DNA of 64,000 nt, from assembly GCF_006345805.1 (NCBI RefSeq), contig NC_043011.1, forward strand, positions 57,176,464-57,240,463. The letters run 5' to 3'. Origin of the DNA: Octopus sinensis (Eukaryota). The first letter of the stretch is position 1. Every line of letters begins with the position of its first letter. Position numbers and translations under genes: made by a program. Of the stretch, positions 26,001 to 38,000 are shown piece by piece. Below the pieces are notes generated by a model. That model did no database searches. It saw only the letters and a list, made by a program, of their open reading frames with translations, and was not told the DNA's origin.

Positions 26001-29000
26001 AAATCTGAAAGGAAGCTGCATGGGACATTAGGGGTTCAACTGGAGAGAAGCAGAAAAGACTGTCCAGAGTTGAAAGCAATAGAGAAAAGTTATCAATGGC
26101 TTCTGCACCTTGGGAAGTGAAGGGCTTAAGTAAAGTAAGTAGACAAGTTGGGGATCAGCTCTCATTGGTATATTACAATTTTGTATGGTTTCTATAGCTG
26201 GGTGCCTCTCTTATTGTTAACCACTTTACAGAAATTTCTGGCTGTATTTTAATATGCCATCAGCACTAGAGAGGTCTTGTCTCCTATAGAATTTTTTAAA
26301 AGTCCTCTCAGCTCTATATTTTCTTCATTTGTCTGTTCACTGGCCCCAGAGAAATTGTCTTGCTTTAACAAGACTAAGAAGTGTTCCCTATACTTCCCTG
26401 AAAGTGATTGATGCCAGGGTCACCTGACTGGCTCCTGTGCCATTGGACCCTTGTCTGCATGGGTACATTAGCCACAAAATGTAGAAGAAGGGTTCATGAT
26501 AAATATTTGTTCTATGAAATCTGGAGGGATTAAGGTACAGTTGAACCCTTTAAGGATTTGTATCCTGAACATAAAGGGATAAAGATTAATAATATCACAA
26601 GTAAGTCCAGATGGGGCTGTGGTCAAGAAGCTTGCTTCCCAATCTTGTAGTCTTGAGTTCAAGTTCCACTGTGCAACACTCGAATCATTTCATGGTTGTA
26701 AATGAGCATCAGTGTCATACAAGCAGGGTTGTTCATTTCCAGTCTTCTATGAAAAGCATGTCCAGACATAAGGAAATATTACATTGCTTGGAAACAAGAG
26801 AGGGTTGTCATCTGGCTGTAGAAGAATCTGCCATAACAAATTCTGTTTGATCCCTGCAAGTATGGAAAAATTCATGTTAGATGGTCATAAATGATGTATT
26901 TAAACCAATGTTTTAACCAGTTCTGCTTATTCAACTATTTTAAATTGTTTACGGTGTGTTTTTCTTATAGGAAAGGAGAAGAATTATCAGAACAAATGAT
27001 ACGGCTTTTCCTTCATGAAGACCTTAGTGTATTTGACATTTCTGCTTCTTTGAACATGAAATTTTGTCCATTAAAGGTATAGTAAACCTTTTGTTGTTGT
27101 TTAAACCTAAGATTAGCATAATCAGGCTGACCTATGACCTGAGGCTCTTGATCTATTAGTGTTTAACCCTTTCGTGACCAACCCGGCTGAAACCGGCTCT
27201 GGCTCTGAGTCTTGTTTTCATAAGTTTTGAATTAAAATCTCCCACCAAACCTGAGTCACAATTTATGTTCCTAACACTAAATTAATGATAACTAAGTTAT
27301 TTTACTAAATTCTTTGTTATATTTAAAATTAATTGAAAGAAACACAGAGCATCTCAAAATACAGTAGCGAAAGGGTTAAGGCAAAAGGGTGTGATTTGAT
27401 GAAGATATGGCTGTTATTTCTGCTGGGTTGAGTGCTTGCATTGAGACTTCCCATTGTTTTTGTTGCTTATATTGTAAGATGGAAAGTAAAGGGTTAAATA
27501 CATTTACATTAATGTTGATAAATGTTCATAGTGCAACATGATGGCAAGTTTAGTAAAACTGTTCGAATAAGTACACTGTTGACACTGTAAGTACATGGCC
27601 AACAGTGTACTTACACTGTCAGCAATGTGAATACATTCAGTAGTGTAAGGACACTTCAACAGTGTAAGTACACTGGCAGCAGTGTAAGTGTACTGCCAGT
27701 ATTGTAAGTACACTGTCAGCACTGCCAGCAACTTAAGTACATTGTCAACAATGTATGTACACTGCCAGCAGTGTAATTACACTGTCAGCAGAAAAAGTAC
27801 ATTGAGAATAGTGTAACTACACTGCCAACAATGTGAGTACACTGTTAGTAGCATAGGTACATAGCTAGCTGTGTAAGTACACTGTCAACCATGCAAGTAC
27901 TTTGCCAAAGTGCTTTGCTGCCAACAACTAAGTTTTGATATTTGTAAAAATGATCAAATGTTTACAGAAAAGCAGAATATTCTGTTCAGAATATGGAGCA
28001 GTGGAAAGTGGTAATTATGTTAACGAGTGTCTTATAAATTGTAATTTTCTCTTTCTTCTTTTTTTAACTTTGCCGATTCTCAATTCTGCTAGAATGAGTT
28101 TCTGTTGATTCTGTTTGCACTTGCTTATTTAATCCATATTCTAGTTTCCATCCATCCATCCATTTTCACAGCCCACAATCCCAAGGAGGGACATGGGGAT
28201 AGAGTCCTCAGGCACCTCCTCCTCCTCCACAAGGTCCACTCAGAAGCAACCATCATTAAGCTTTCTTGCTTGATTCCCAAATATGACCAACTGAGACTAT
28301 AGATATTAGCCAACCATCTTGCTTCTGGTCTGTCCTTAGGTCTCCTGCTCAGGTTGGCTCAGCTTGAAGAATTAGTCTTGCAGTCCTCTCCTGTAGCATT
28401 CTACCCCCATGTCTGTACTATCAGAGATATAGCCTCTCCAGTTATGTTTATCCTATTTCTAATGTGAGGACTGCTTCCTTAGAATCAAGGATTTAAAATG
28501 TCTGGTCTCCCTATGGATTTGTTGAGGTATGTTTGTCCCATATTGGCACATCAAGCAAAGTGATTCACATTGGAGTAGCCATGTGTCTCCTCTAGAACAA
28601 GACTTTCTACTTTAATCTCCCAACTAGTACAAAGCTACACCCTCTCAATACTAATCCCATTCCCTGTTGAGGGATCTTTGTCTTGCAAGTTGTTTGGTGA
28701 CCCTGTTGGTGCTGGTGCCACTATAAAGCACTCAATATACTCTGTAAAGTGCTTGGTGTTAGGAAGGGCATCTTGCTGTAAAAACCATGCGAAAGCAGAC
28801 CGTCGAGCTTGGCGCAGTCCTAGACTTACCAGCACCTGCCAAACTGTCCAACCCATGCCAGCATGTAAAACAGATGTTAAATGACGATGCGGGATCGTAT
28901 TTCTGGGCTGGCTCATCCATGTAACACACAAGGGTTAGTCAGTTTAGTTACCTACATCATGCCTGGTAATTAAACATTGGGAACTGACTGATAATATTTG

Positions 29001-32000
29001 CAATTAATTCATTTAGATGCTTTGTATTAAAATAAAATTTAAAAGTAGAATATCAGGAATTAAAAATTGCAAAAGTAGTGTTGGTTTGTCTTTAGACAGC
29101 CTTGATAAAGCAGACCTGTGAGTAAAGATAGTCCAGTCATGCCCATCCTTTCTGTTTGAATATCTAGGACTGCATTGTCCAATGTGTCATTCATGTTTTG
29201 TAAAACACTCAAGTGTAGTTTTGTGGGAATTTAGTTACTATTTCTAGCTGGTCAGGTGACATTTTGCTCCTTAATTGACTTGTAAATTGGTTAGTAGAAC
29301 TTATCAGGTGTTTTACTATCTCTCTTTTTTTTTTGTTACTATATTTATCCTGAAATAGATTGATGTTCCATTTAATTTAGAAAATAATGAAGAATTTAAT
29401 GAAATGGCAGTCATTAATATTATTAGGCTGATGTTTGAGACATAAAATCGACATTTTGTTTCTAGATTACAGAAACTCATCTTATTTCTATTTTCGAACT
29501 TTATTGATTATATTTTTCATGTGTTTCAGCCAACGTCTGTCAAACAAACACGACTGATAGGATTTTTAATGGCTGTCATATGCAGTCTTCTTCCTGAGGT
29601 AAGTGGCATCTAGTTTTTTTTTTTTACACTCTATCAAACCATTTTTCTTTTATTGTAGTGGAATTTTTACTCACCCCTCTAATGAAGTTTGGCAATAGAA
29701 GCGGCAGTATTTTTATTGTTTTAATTTTAAAAAATAGTTGTTTAGTCACTTACCAACTTTTATTTAGTAAAATTCTATTTCTTCAGAGTTTTTGTTTCAG
29801 ACATTCTTTAATGATAAAACAAACGATTGTAATATTTACAGGTGTAGACATGGCCATGTGGTGAAGAGGTTTGCTTCCCAGCCAAATGGTTTTGTGTTCA
29901 GTCCCACCGCATGGTGGCACATTGAGCAAGTGTCTTCTACTCCAGCCCTCGCCTGACCAAAACCTTGTGGCTGAATTTGGCCAGGTTTCTTTTCATGGAA
30001 GACCAGAAAGAAAAGGCAGTGTTTGTGTGACTGACACTCACTGATACCTGTTGCGTGATGTGCCTGGCTCTCCATCAGTTGGTTGCGACAATGAGGGTTC
30101 CAGTTGATCTGATCAGCAGGATCAACCTGCTCATGAAAATTAATTAATTCTACGGTGCCTTGCAAGTGGAATTGGTTGATTGAGAGTTTGTGGGAGCTTG
30201 GCATGTGTGTACGTGTATATCTTTTTGCAATGTATATTGGTGAGAGACATTGATATTAGTGTGGAAGCTGATTAACTTCAGACAAAATCCCATGTGATAT
30301 TTACTTCACCCAGGTTGCACAGACAATCCCATGTCAGGCTCACCATTGTCAATGCAGTGTATACATATGACGGGGCTCTTGTTTACAGCTATCATGTGAA
30401 ACCCAGCCAAGGAGACCCAAGCATTTCCACATGCACATCTATACATAGGGAGGAATTTCAGTTTCTGCCTATCAAGTCCATTCATGAAGCTTTGCTCAGC
30501 TTGAGGCTGGACAAGAAGAAACCTACTCAGTGTGCTGTGCACTGGGGGTTGAACCATGTGGCTGGCATTTAAACCTTTCATTACTGTATTTATTTTGAGA
30601 TGTTCAGTGTTTCTTTCAATTACTTTAAATATAACAAAGAATTTAGTAAAATAACTTAGTTATCATTAATCTAGTGTTAGGAACATAAATTGTGACTTAG
30701 GTTTGGTCGAAGATTTTAATTCAAAACTTATGAAAACAAAACATTTGTACTCAGAGCCAGAGCCGGTTTCAGCCAGGTTGGTAATGAAAGGGTTAAGTGA
30801 AAAATTTGAAGTCACTGTTACAATATGTGAGTGTGTGTGTGTGTGAGAGAGAGTGTGTGTGTGCGTGCAAATGGAAAGGGTCTTGCTGTTTTTTGTTTGT
30901 TTGTTTGTTTTAAAGCCATCCCAAACTGTATCTGATGTGACTAATTTGATTTGTTTCCTTTTCAGGTTTCCATTGATGACTTGGAACATTTGCTCGAGCA
31001 GCTTGCTGACCTTGCATTACAAAGCAAAGATCAAATAACACGAACAGCAGCGGCCAAGTGTTTTGCCGGCCTTATCAACAAACACGGACAGGGTAAATGT
31101 TTCCCCTCATGTAATATGATGGAACTTCAGAAACTGGAAACACAATCATATGCTATATCTTCCCCCACCATCTCTACCTTCTGTAACTCCTTCCCAGCTG
31201 CTCCTTATATAATGTTGGGTTGCCATGCATCTCCTCTGTAGCAAGACACTTGTGTTTGTCCCCTTATCATGCTTTAGCCTCTCACCACCCAGCCTAATGC
31301 CTATCATCATCCTCATCGTTTAACGTCCATTTTCCATGCTAGCATGGGTTGGACGATTTTGACTGCACCAGGCTCCAGTCTTGATCTGGCAGAGTTTCTA
31401 CAGCTGGATGCCCTTCCTAATGCCAACCACTCCAAGAGTGCTGTGGGTGCTTTTTGCGTGCCACCGGCACGGGGGCCAGTCAGGCGGTACTGGCAATGAC
31501 CTCGCTCGAATCTTCTTGCACTTTGTTGAGAGAGCTGTTTTCCTTTTTCTGTCTTGAAAGTTATTTGGTGACCTTACCAGTGCTGGCACCATGTAAAAAG
31601 AAAAATACCCAGGACATTCTGTAAAACGGTTGGCATTAGCATCCACCCATAGAAACCACCTCAAAGCTGACACTGGAGCTTGATGCAGCTCACTGGATCC
31701 TGCCAAACTGTCCAACCCATGCCAGCATGGAAAAGAGACGTTAAATAATGATGATGATTAGTAAGATAACAATAAGGTATTAGGTGAATGAATCTAGTGA
31801 AAGAAACCCTCAGATTAGCCAATAATGTTGATGTCTTATAGTGTTTGTCTTTTTCTAACCTATTTCAACCTAACTCTGAAGTATTTTATAGTTCGTAACA
31901 CACTCCATCTGTAGAGGGTTTTTTTCCAGACAAAAAATTGCAGCTTCTGGCATTTCAACTACGCACATTCATTAAAGATGTTATATTGATAGGATTTGTA

Positions 32001-35000
32001 CTACAAAGCTGCTTCCATTGCAGAATTCATATTTTTTCCCTACCTTTTTCCTCTCTCTCTTTTTCACCACCATCATCATCGGTATTGGTGTGGGCTGTGA
32101 GTGTCTCACTACATTGCACCACCAGCTGTGACCCTTTGTCTTGAAACCCCAACACCACCACTACCACACTCACTTGTGGCTATCATTGGTGCACGTTCAC
32201 ACACATACACACACACAGATGCACGCACGCACTGGCTAACTCTGTTGTGTGTGTCTTTGAGTTTCCGTCTATTGAATTCACTCATAAGGCTTTGATTGAC
32301 CCGGGGCTAGAGGAGAAAACACCGGTCGTGTGATTGGGCAGCAAACCTCTTGACACACACACCTATTCCTTCGCCTAAAATCACAAATAAAAATAGAGTT
32401 CCTTCAGCTGAGTTTCCAGTCCTTTGTTATGTTTCCACCTGCAAAAAAAAAAGAGTTTAAATGCTGAAAAATATGTTTCTTTTTCCTTCTGTTCCAGCTT
32501 CTCCTGGCAAAGAATGTTTAGATCATTTACAAGAGCAACTTAAAGATAAATTAATGAATAAGAATAACTCTTCAGGTGATCTTCGAGCGAAAGCTTTACA
32601 TTTGTGGCTCTGGATTACCAAAGCTCTCCTTATCTCTGCTCATTCTGAAGCTAACAACTTTGTTGGACTGGTAAGCTTATGTTTTATTTCTTTAACTGTC
32701 ACATTCATTTTTTTACAGCATCCATCCTAAATGATGGTTATGTTACTATACATATTTATGACTCAAGAAATCTCTAGTGAGACTTTTTATTGATGTACCT
32801 GAAGAGACCCAGAGTGGGTCGAAACGTGTTGTATGCAATAAAGTCTATTACACATTCCATCTCCTATTTTATTAATACCGTTACCCCAACTGCCACTATG
32901 AAGTTCCTGCACTAAATCTATGGATAACAACAGGGAATTGAAACTGTGTGGATGTTTTACTCATCATCTATTCATACATATTGTACAATACCTCCATTAT
33001 ATATATATATATATTTCGTTTTGGGATTTGGTTTGCCAGATTCTTTGTATTAGTGCATGTGTTGAAGCATATCCTGTTGTGTCTAGGGAGAGTAATTTTC
33101 TTTTTGTGCCTTATAATGTAACACACTCACCGGTAAAATTTCCACTTTTTTCTTATTTATATTTTCCTAAACTTTTCATTGAGCACACTGGAGAAACGTC
33201 ATCAATAGAGTCACCAATGGCCTTTGCTCTCTCTCTCACTCTTTCTCTTAATACATATCCAAATTGTCATTTTAATCTGAAATACAAACATCACTACTTA
33301 GTACTATTTTATTAACGGTGAACCACTGAATAGCACAACAACCATTGAATGATGACAGGAATATCACAAGAAGGATTTGAGTCAGTTTGCAGCGCCTGCT
33401 TTCAAGTCTCTGTTGCTGAAGAGGAGATAACCACTCTGAAAAGCAGGCATCCAATAATCTGTTGGGTGCTGTGAACTGACTTGGTGTTTTTACACCTGTC
33501 TGTCTTCAGTAAGAAATTTTCTCCATCACAAAATCCAGTGACTGGCTTTCTTACAGGTTCAAGTATGTAACGAGCATATCTGAACTTTTGACATGTTTGT
33601 ATTTCAGATTAAAATGACAATTTGGGTATGTATAAAGAGAAAGAGTGAGAGAAGGAGCATAGGCCATTGGTGACTCTATTGATGATGTTTCTCCATTGTA
33701 CTCAACTGTAGACTGTCTTTACTCTTCCTCTGCTTCAGTATCTTCATCATTATCATCATCATCATTTATCTTACCAGGTATTTATTAGGGCGTCCTCTCT
33801 TCAGTCTCCCTGTCAGTTCCTGGTCAAGGCCTGATGTGTAATCCAGGATGTTGGTATCCTTAATGTATGGCCAATCCATTCCCACTTACATTCCAGTATT
33901 TGCTCTTCCACTAGCACCTTGCCCCTCCCCTCCTGCCTGCCACAGCTGTTTGCAATTGAGGCATACAAACTGCTGCAGCAAGGGCTGGACCTTGTGGTTG
34001 AAATTATGTCAGAGCTATTAATCAGACACACCAACATCTCCACCTCTTTTCAGTATCAACTTTGGTTTCCTTTTGCCATTGTCCCCTTCTGTGAGCAGCA
34101 CTCAGCATCGTATTCAGTGGCATAAAACATACTCCCCAGTTCCAGCGTATTCAGGAAATAGTGTGTCAAAGACAAAATTAACTTATGGGAGGTTCAACTT
34201 TGCATAGAAGACTGAGGGTGATCTTTTCTTTTTAGTTTTTGTTTTTTAACATTTTTGAATACCAGTACTTCTTGTATAGCATCAAATCTGGTCTGTTTCC
34301 TGATCTGTTCCTATTTTACTTCTAACTTTAGGTATTTAATCTATTGAGTGATGAAGAGCTGGGAGAAGCGGCAGCAGAAGGAATGTTTCTCATTCTCTCT
34401 GAATATAAAGATGTTTTAAGCCAACCCCAACATGCAAAGATCCGTATTATGTACAAGCAGAGGCTTTTTATTGAAAATGTACAGCATCTGTCAAAATCAT
34501 TCCATGAAGTAAAATCCGGTAAGTATCTCTATTCCTCTGCAAGGATTTTCCAAATAATTAGGGCTTCTTTGGCGACAAAGCTTAGTTCCATAAATTCTTC
34601 AGCCTCTTTGGCTCATTGCTGGAACCTCACTCTTCAGGCGGGGATCCATTATCATTGATTTAATGTCTGCAAAAACATATTTGGCCATGAGGAAATATTA
34701 ACCTTGTTTGGAAACGATCGTTACCAGCTTCGCCTTACTGGCACTTGTGCCCCGTGCTTGTAGGGTGCAAAGAGCACCATCTTAGTGTGATCGTTGCCAG
34801 AGCGGCTAACTGGCTTCTGTGCCGGTGGCATGTAGGAGGCACCATTTGTGCGGAATCGTTACCAGCATTGCCTTACTGGCACCTGTGCCGTTGGCATGTG
34901 TAAAAAGTTTGAGTGAGGTCGTTGCCAGTACCGCCTGACTGGCCCTCGTGCCGGTGGCATGTAAAAGCACCCACTACACTCTCGGAGTGGTTGGCGTTAG

Positions 35001-38000
35001 GAAGGGCATCCAACTGCAGAAACTCTGCCAGATCAAGACTGGAGCCCGGTGCAGCCATCTGGTTTGCCAGCCCACAGTCAAACCGTCCAACCCATGCTAG
35101 CATGGAAAGCAGACGTTAAACGATGATGATGGAAACATGTAAAAGTTGGCTACAAGAATGGCATCTGGCCATAGAAAATCTTCCTCAATGATTTTCACCT
35201 GACTCATGCCAGCTTAGAAAAGTAAACGATAATGATGATGATTAGGACTAAAAACATAATGTCTGGTATTTAGCAACAAAGGATTGTAACTTATGTGAAC
35301 TGACAAAGTCACTAAATGTATTTTTTATACTCTTTTTCCATATTTCAGAGTTAAAGAAGAATTACCTGATAGCCGTGTCACATTTATTAACGTTTCTGCC
35401 ACATCAAGTTCTTGTCTCAAAACTCCCACCTGTAAGTATTACATTTCATTCAGGGTGGGTGTGCACAACACAATCTGCTAGAAATAACAGCCAAATCACA
35501 TCCTATCATTATAAATAAGGAAAGGACACATGAGAATGTTTTCTATATACCTCTAAAATCTCTGGATGGTTGTGACGGTTGACTCAGGGCTAAACAACAC
35601 CTGAGAAATTTCATCTGTACAATTGCTCAATATTGAATAAATTCGTTAAGTAGCTGTTAATTAGTGCTCAGATCTATCTTATGAGAGCAATATAGCTTTT
35701 GATGTCTTTGTGTGGCAGCTTGGGCCAACAAAAACCTTGCAAGCCAATTTGGTAGATGGAAACTGAAAGAATCCCATCATGTATGTGTGTGTAACACACA
35801 TACACACACACACACATACTTGATGTTCCCCTGTCCCCTTGTTTTGTGGCCATGGAGGAAATATTACTTAACATGGAACTAGGTGAAGGTTGGGTGACAG
35901 GAAGAGCTTCTGGCTGTAGAAAATCTGCTCCAGTGAATTCTGTCCAACCCATGCTAGCATGGATAAGTGGATGTTGATGATGATGAAGCTTGTATAGCCT
36001 CTGCTTGGCCCTGAGCTCATCTGGTAACCAACGACATTCAAACCATGAGTATGCATTTGTCTTCTTCTCACCCATGACCTCTCTTCACCTGACACAAAGC
36101 TACCAGACTTTACAAGAAATGAAATAAATACCGGGGTCAGTTCGTTTGACTGAAACCCTTCAAAGCAGTGCCCCAGCATGGCCGCAGTCCAATCGTCATC
36201 ATTGTTTAACGTCCGCTTTCCATGCTAGCATGGGTTGGACCAATGACGTAAACAAGTAAAAGATAAAAGATAAAAAGTAGCAAATACAGGTAATGCAGTC
36301 AAGATTTACCTGTGAAAGAGGCATTGGTGGACCTATTAATAAACTTGTAGTATATCATCTTGTGGCAGCTTCCAAGTTTTGCTCTAATTGAAACAAAGGT
36401 GTGATCCGTGTGTCAGTTGCTCGTATTGTAAACATTTAAATGTTTTCCGACCTCAATCAATAATATTTGATTCTTGTCTTTTAATGTTGTTACTTTTCTC
36501 TCTCTTTTTTCTCCTGCCAGTTGGTACCAATGTTGGTGTTAGCTCTGATGTTTGACGATAACAAACTCCAAATGTCCACAATGGCAACTATGAAGACCGT
36601 ACTGGATGAAAGCCCAAATCTTCTAGCGCAGCATGTTAATCTGGTTGTACCCAAGTTAATCAAACTCTCTGAAACAAATGCTTCAATGGTAACTTGCTTT
36701 TTTTTTTTTTTTTTTCAATATTGTGTTAGTTCATCATCATCATCATCAGTAGTAGTAGTAGTAGTATGAGTAAGATAACGATAACAAGCTGACAATCATT
36801 TGCCAGTCAGACAAAAGGCTTTGTAGAATTCTGGTTTTTTATTTTCTGATTTCAAATTACTGAGGTCAGCTTTGTCTTTCATCCTTTCAAAATTGGTAAA
36901 ATGTTGTAGCAGTCAAGTGCTGGGTTTATTATTATTATTATTATTATTATTCCACAGTAGAAGTGTTTAAGGCCACTCTCCCTGGTGAAGACGATTGGCC
37001 TGTAAGAACTGTGTGCCAGTGTCACATAAAACACCATACACCCAGAGCCATGCTAATAGTTTTGGAGTAAAATTTAGGATTTCTCGGTTTTTGTGAATTG
37101 GTTTTGGTAAAACATTCCTAGGGTCTTACGGTCTACGAGGTGAAAAGTTGATGGTGTGGCCGCCAGCATCTCCAGATCTCAACCCTATCGAAAATCTTTG
37201 GTCCATCATTAAACAAGGTGCTTTTGCCGATGGATGCCAATTTATATCGAAAGATGTCTTATGGGTGACCATCAAAGCTGCAGCAGAAGCAGTCCAACCT
37301 GCTACTATTAAGCAATTGACAGATTCCATGACTAATAGGGATTTTTGAAGTTATTCGTTGAAATGGCGCTCATGTGGCTAAATAAGTCATTATGTCAATA
37401 AATGCTATAATATTATTATGGTTTTCTGTTAATATATACTCAGTGTATGATTAACATGTATCATTACCCTTCATTTTCTGAAAAGAAAAAAATGTGTAGA
37501 TGGGCTATTTTCATTCAAAAATTATTTGCATGTTTCACCCAAAAAGTGGAGCATCCAGCTGTAGAAACCAAGCCAAAATAGACAACTGGAGCCTGGTGCA
37601 ACCTTCTGGTTTGCCAGCTTCTGTCAAACTGTGCCAGATGGAAAACAGGTGGTGATGATGATGTTGAACATTCATAGAAAGTGAAATGAAAAACTGTGCT
37701 GGTGGCACATAAAAAGCACCATTCGAGTGTGGTTGTTGCCAGTACCACCTGACTGGCCCTTGTGCTGGTGGCACATAAAAAGCACCCACTGCACTCTCGG
37801 AGTGGTTGGCGTTAGGAAGAACATCCAGCTGTAGAAACCTTGCCAGATCAGATTAGAGCCTGGTACAGCCTCCTGGCTTACCAGTCCGCAGTCAAACCAT
37901 CCAACCCATGCCAGCATGGAAAGTGGACGTTAAACGATGAGGATTATGATGAGGTAGCTATTTATCTTATCTGTTTTTTTTTTTATTTCAACCTTAAAAA

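Noticed and set aside
25740-26130. Internally deleted RTE-like fragment
   Set aside because: Only faint peptide similarity by eye; too decayed to call.
27568-27912. 20-bp array as CRISPR or coding repeat (ORF 27504-27731)
   Set aside because: No unique spacers; the ORF is a low-complexity translation of the array.
33175-33210. CTGGAGAAACGTC as a deleted hammerhead
   Set aside because: Stem II is absent and stem I is not adjacent to the core; insufficient support.
33410-33455. CTGAAGA..GAAA hammerhead-like string
   Set aside because: Weak stem II, no stem III/NUH geometry, no stem I.
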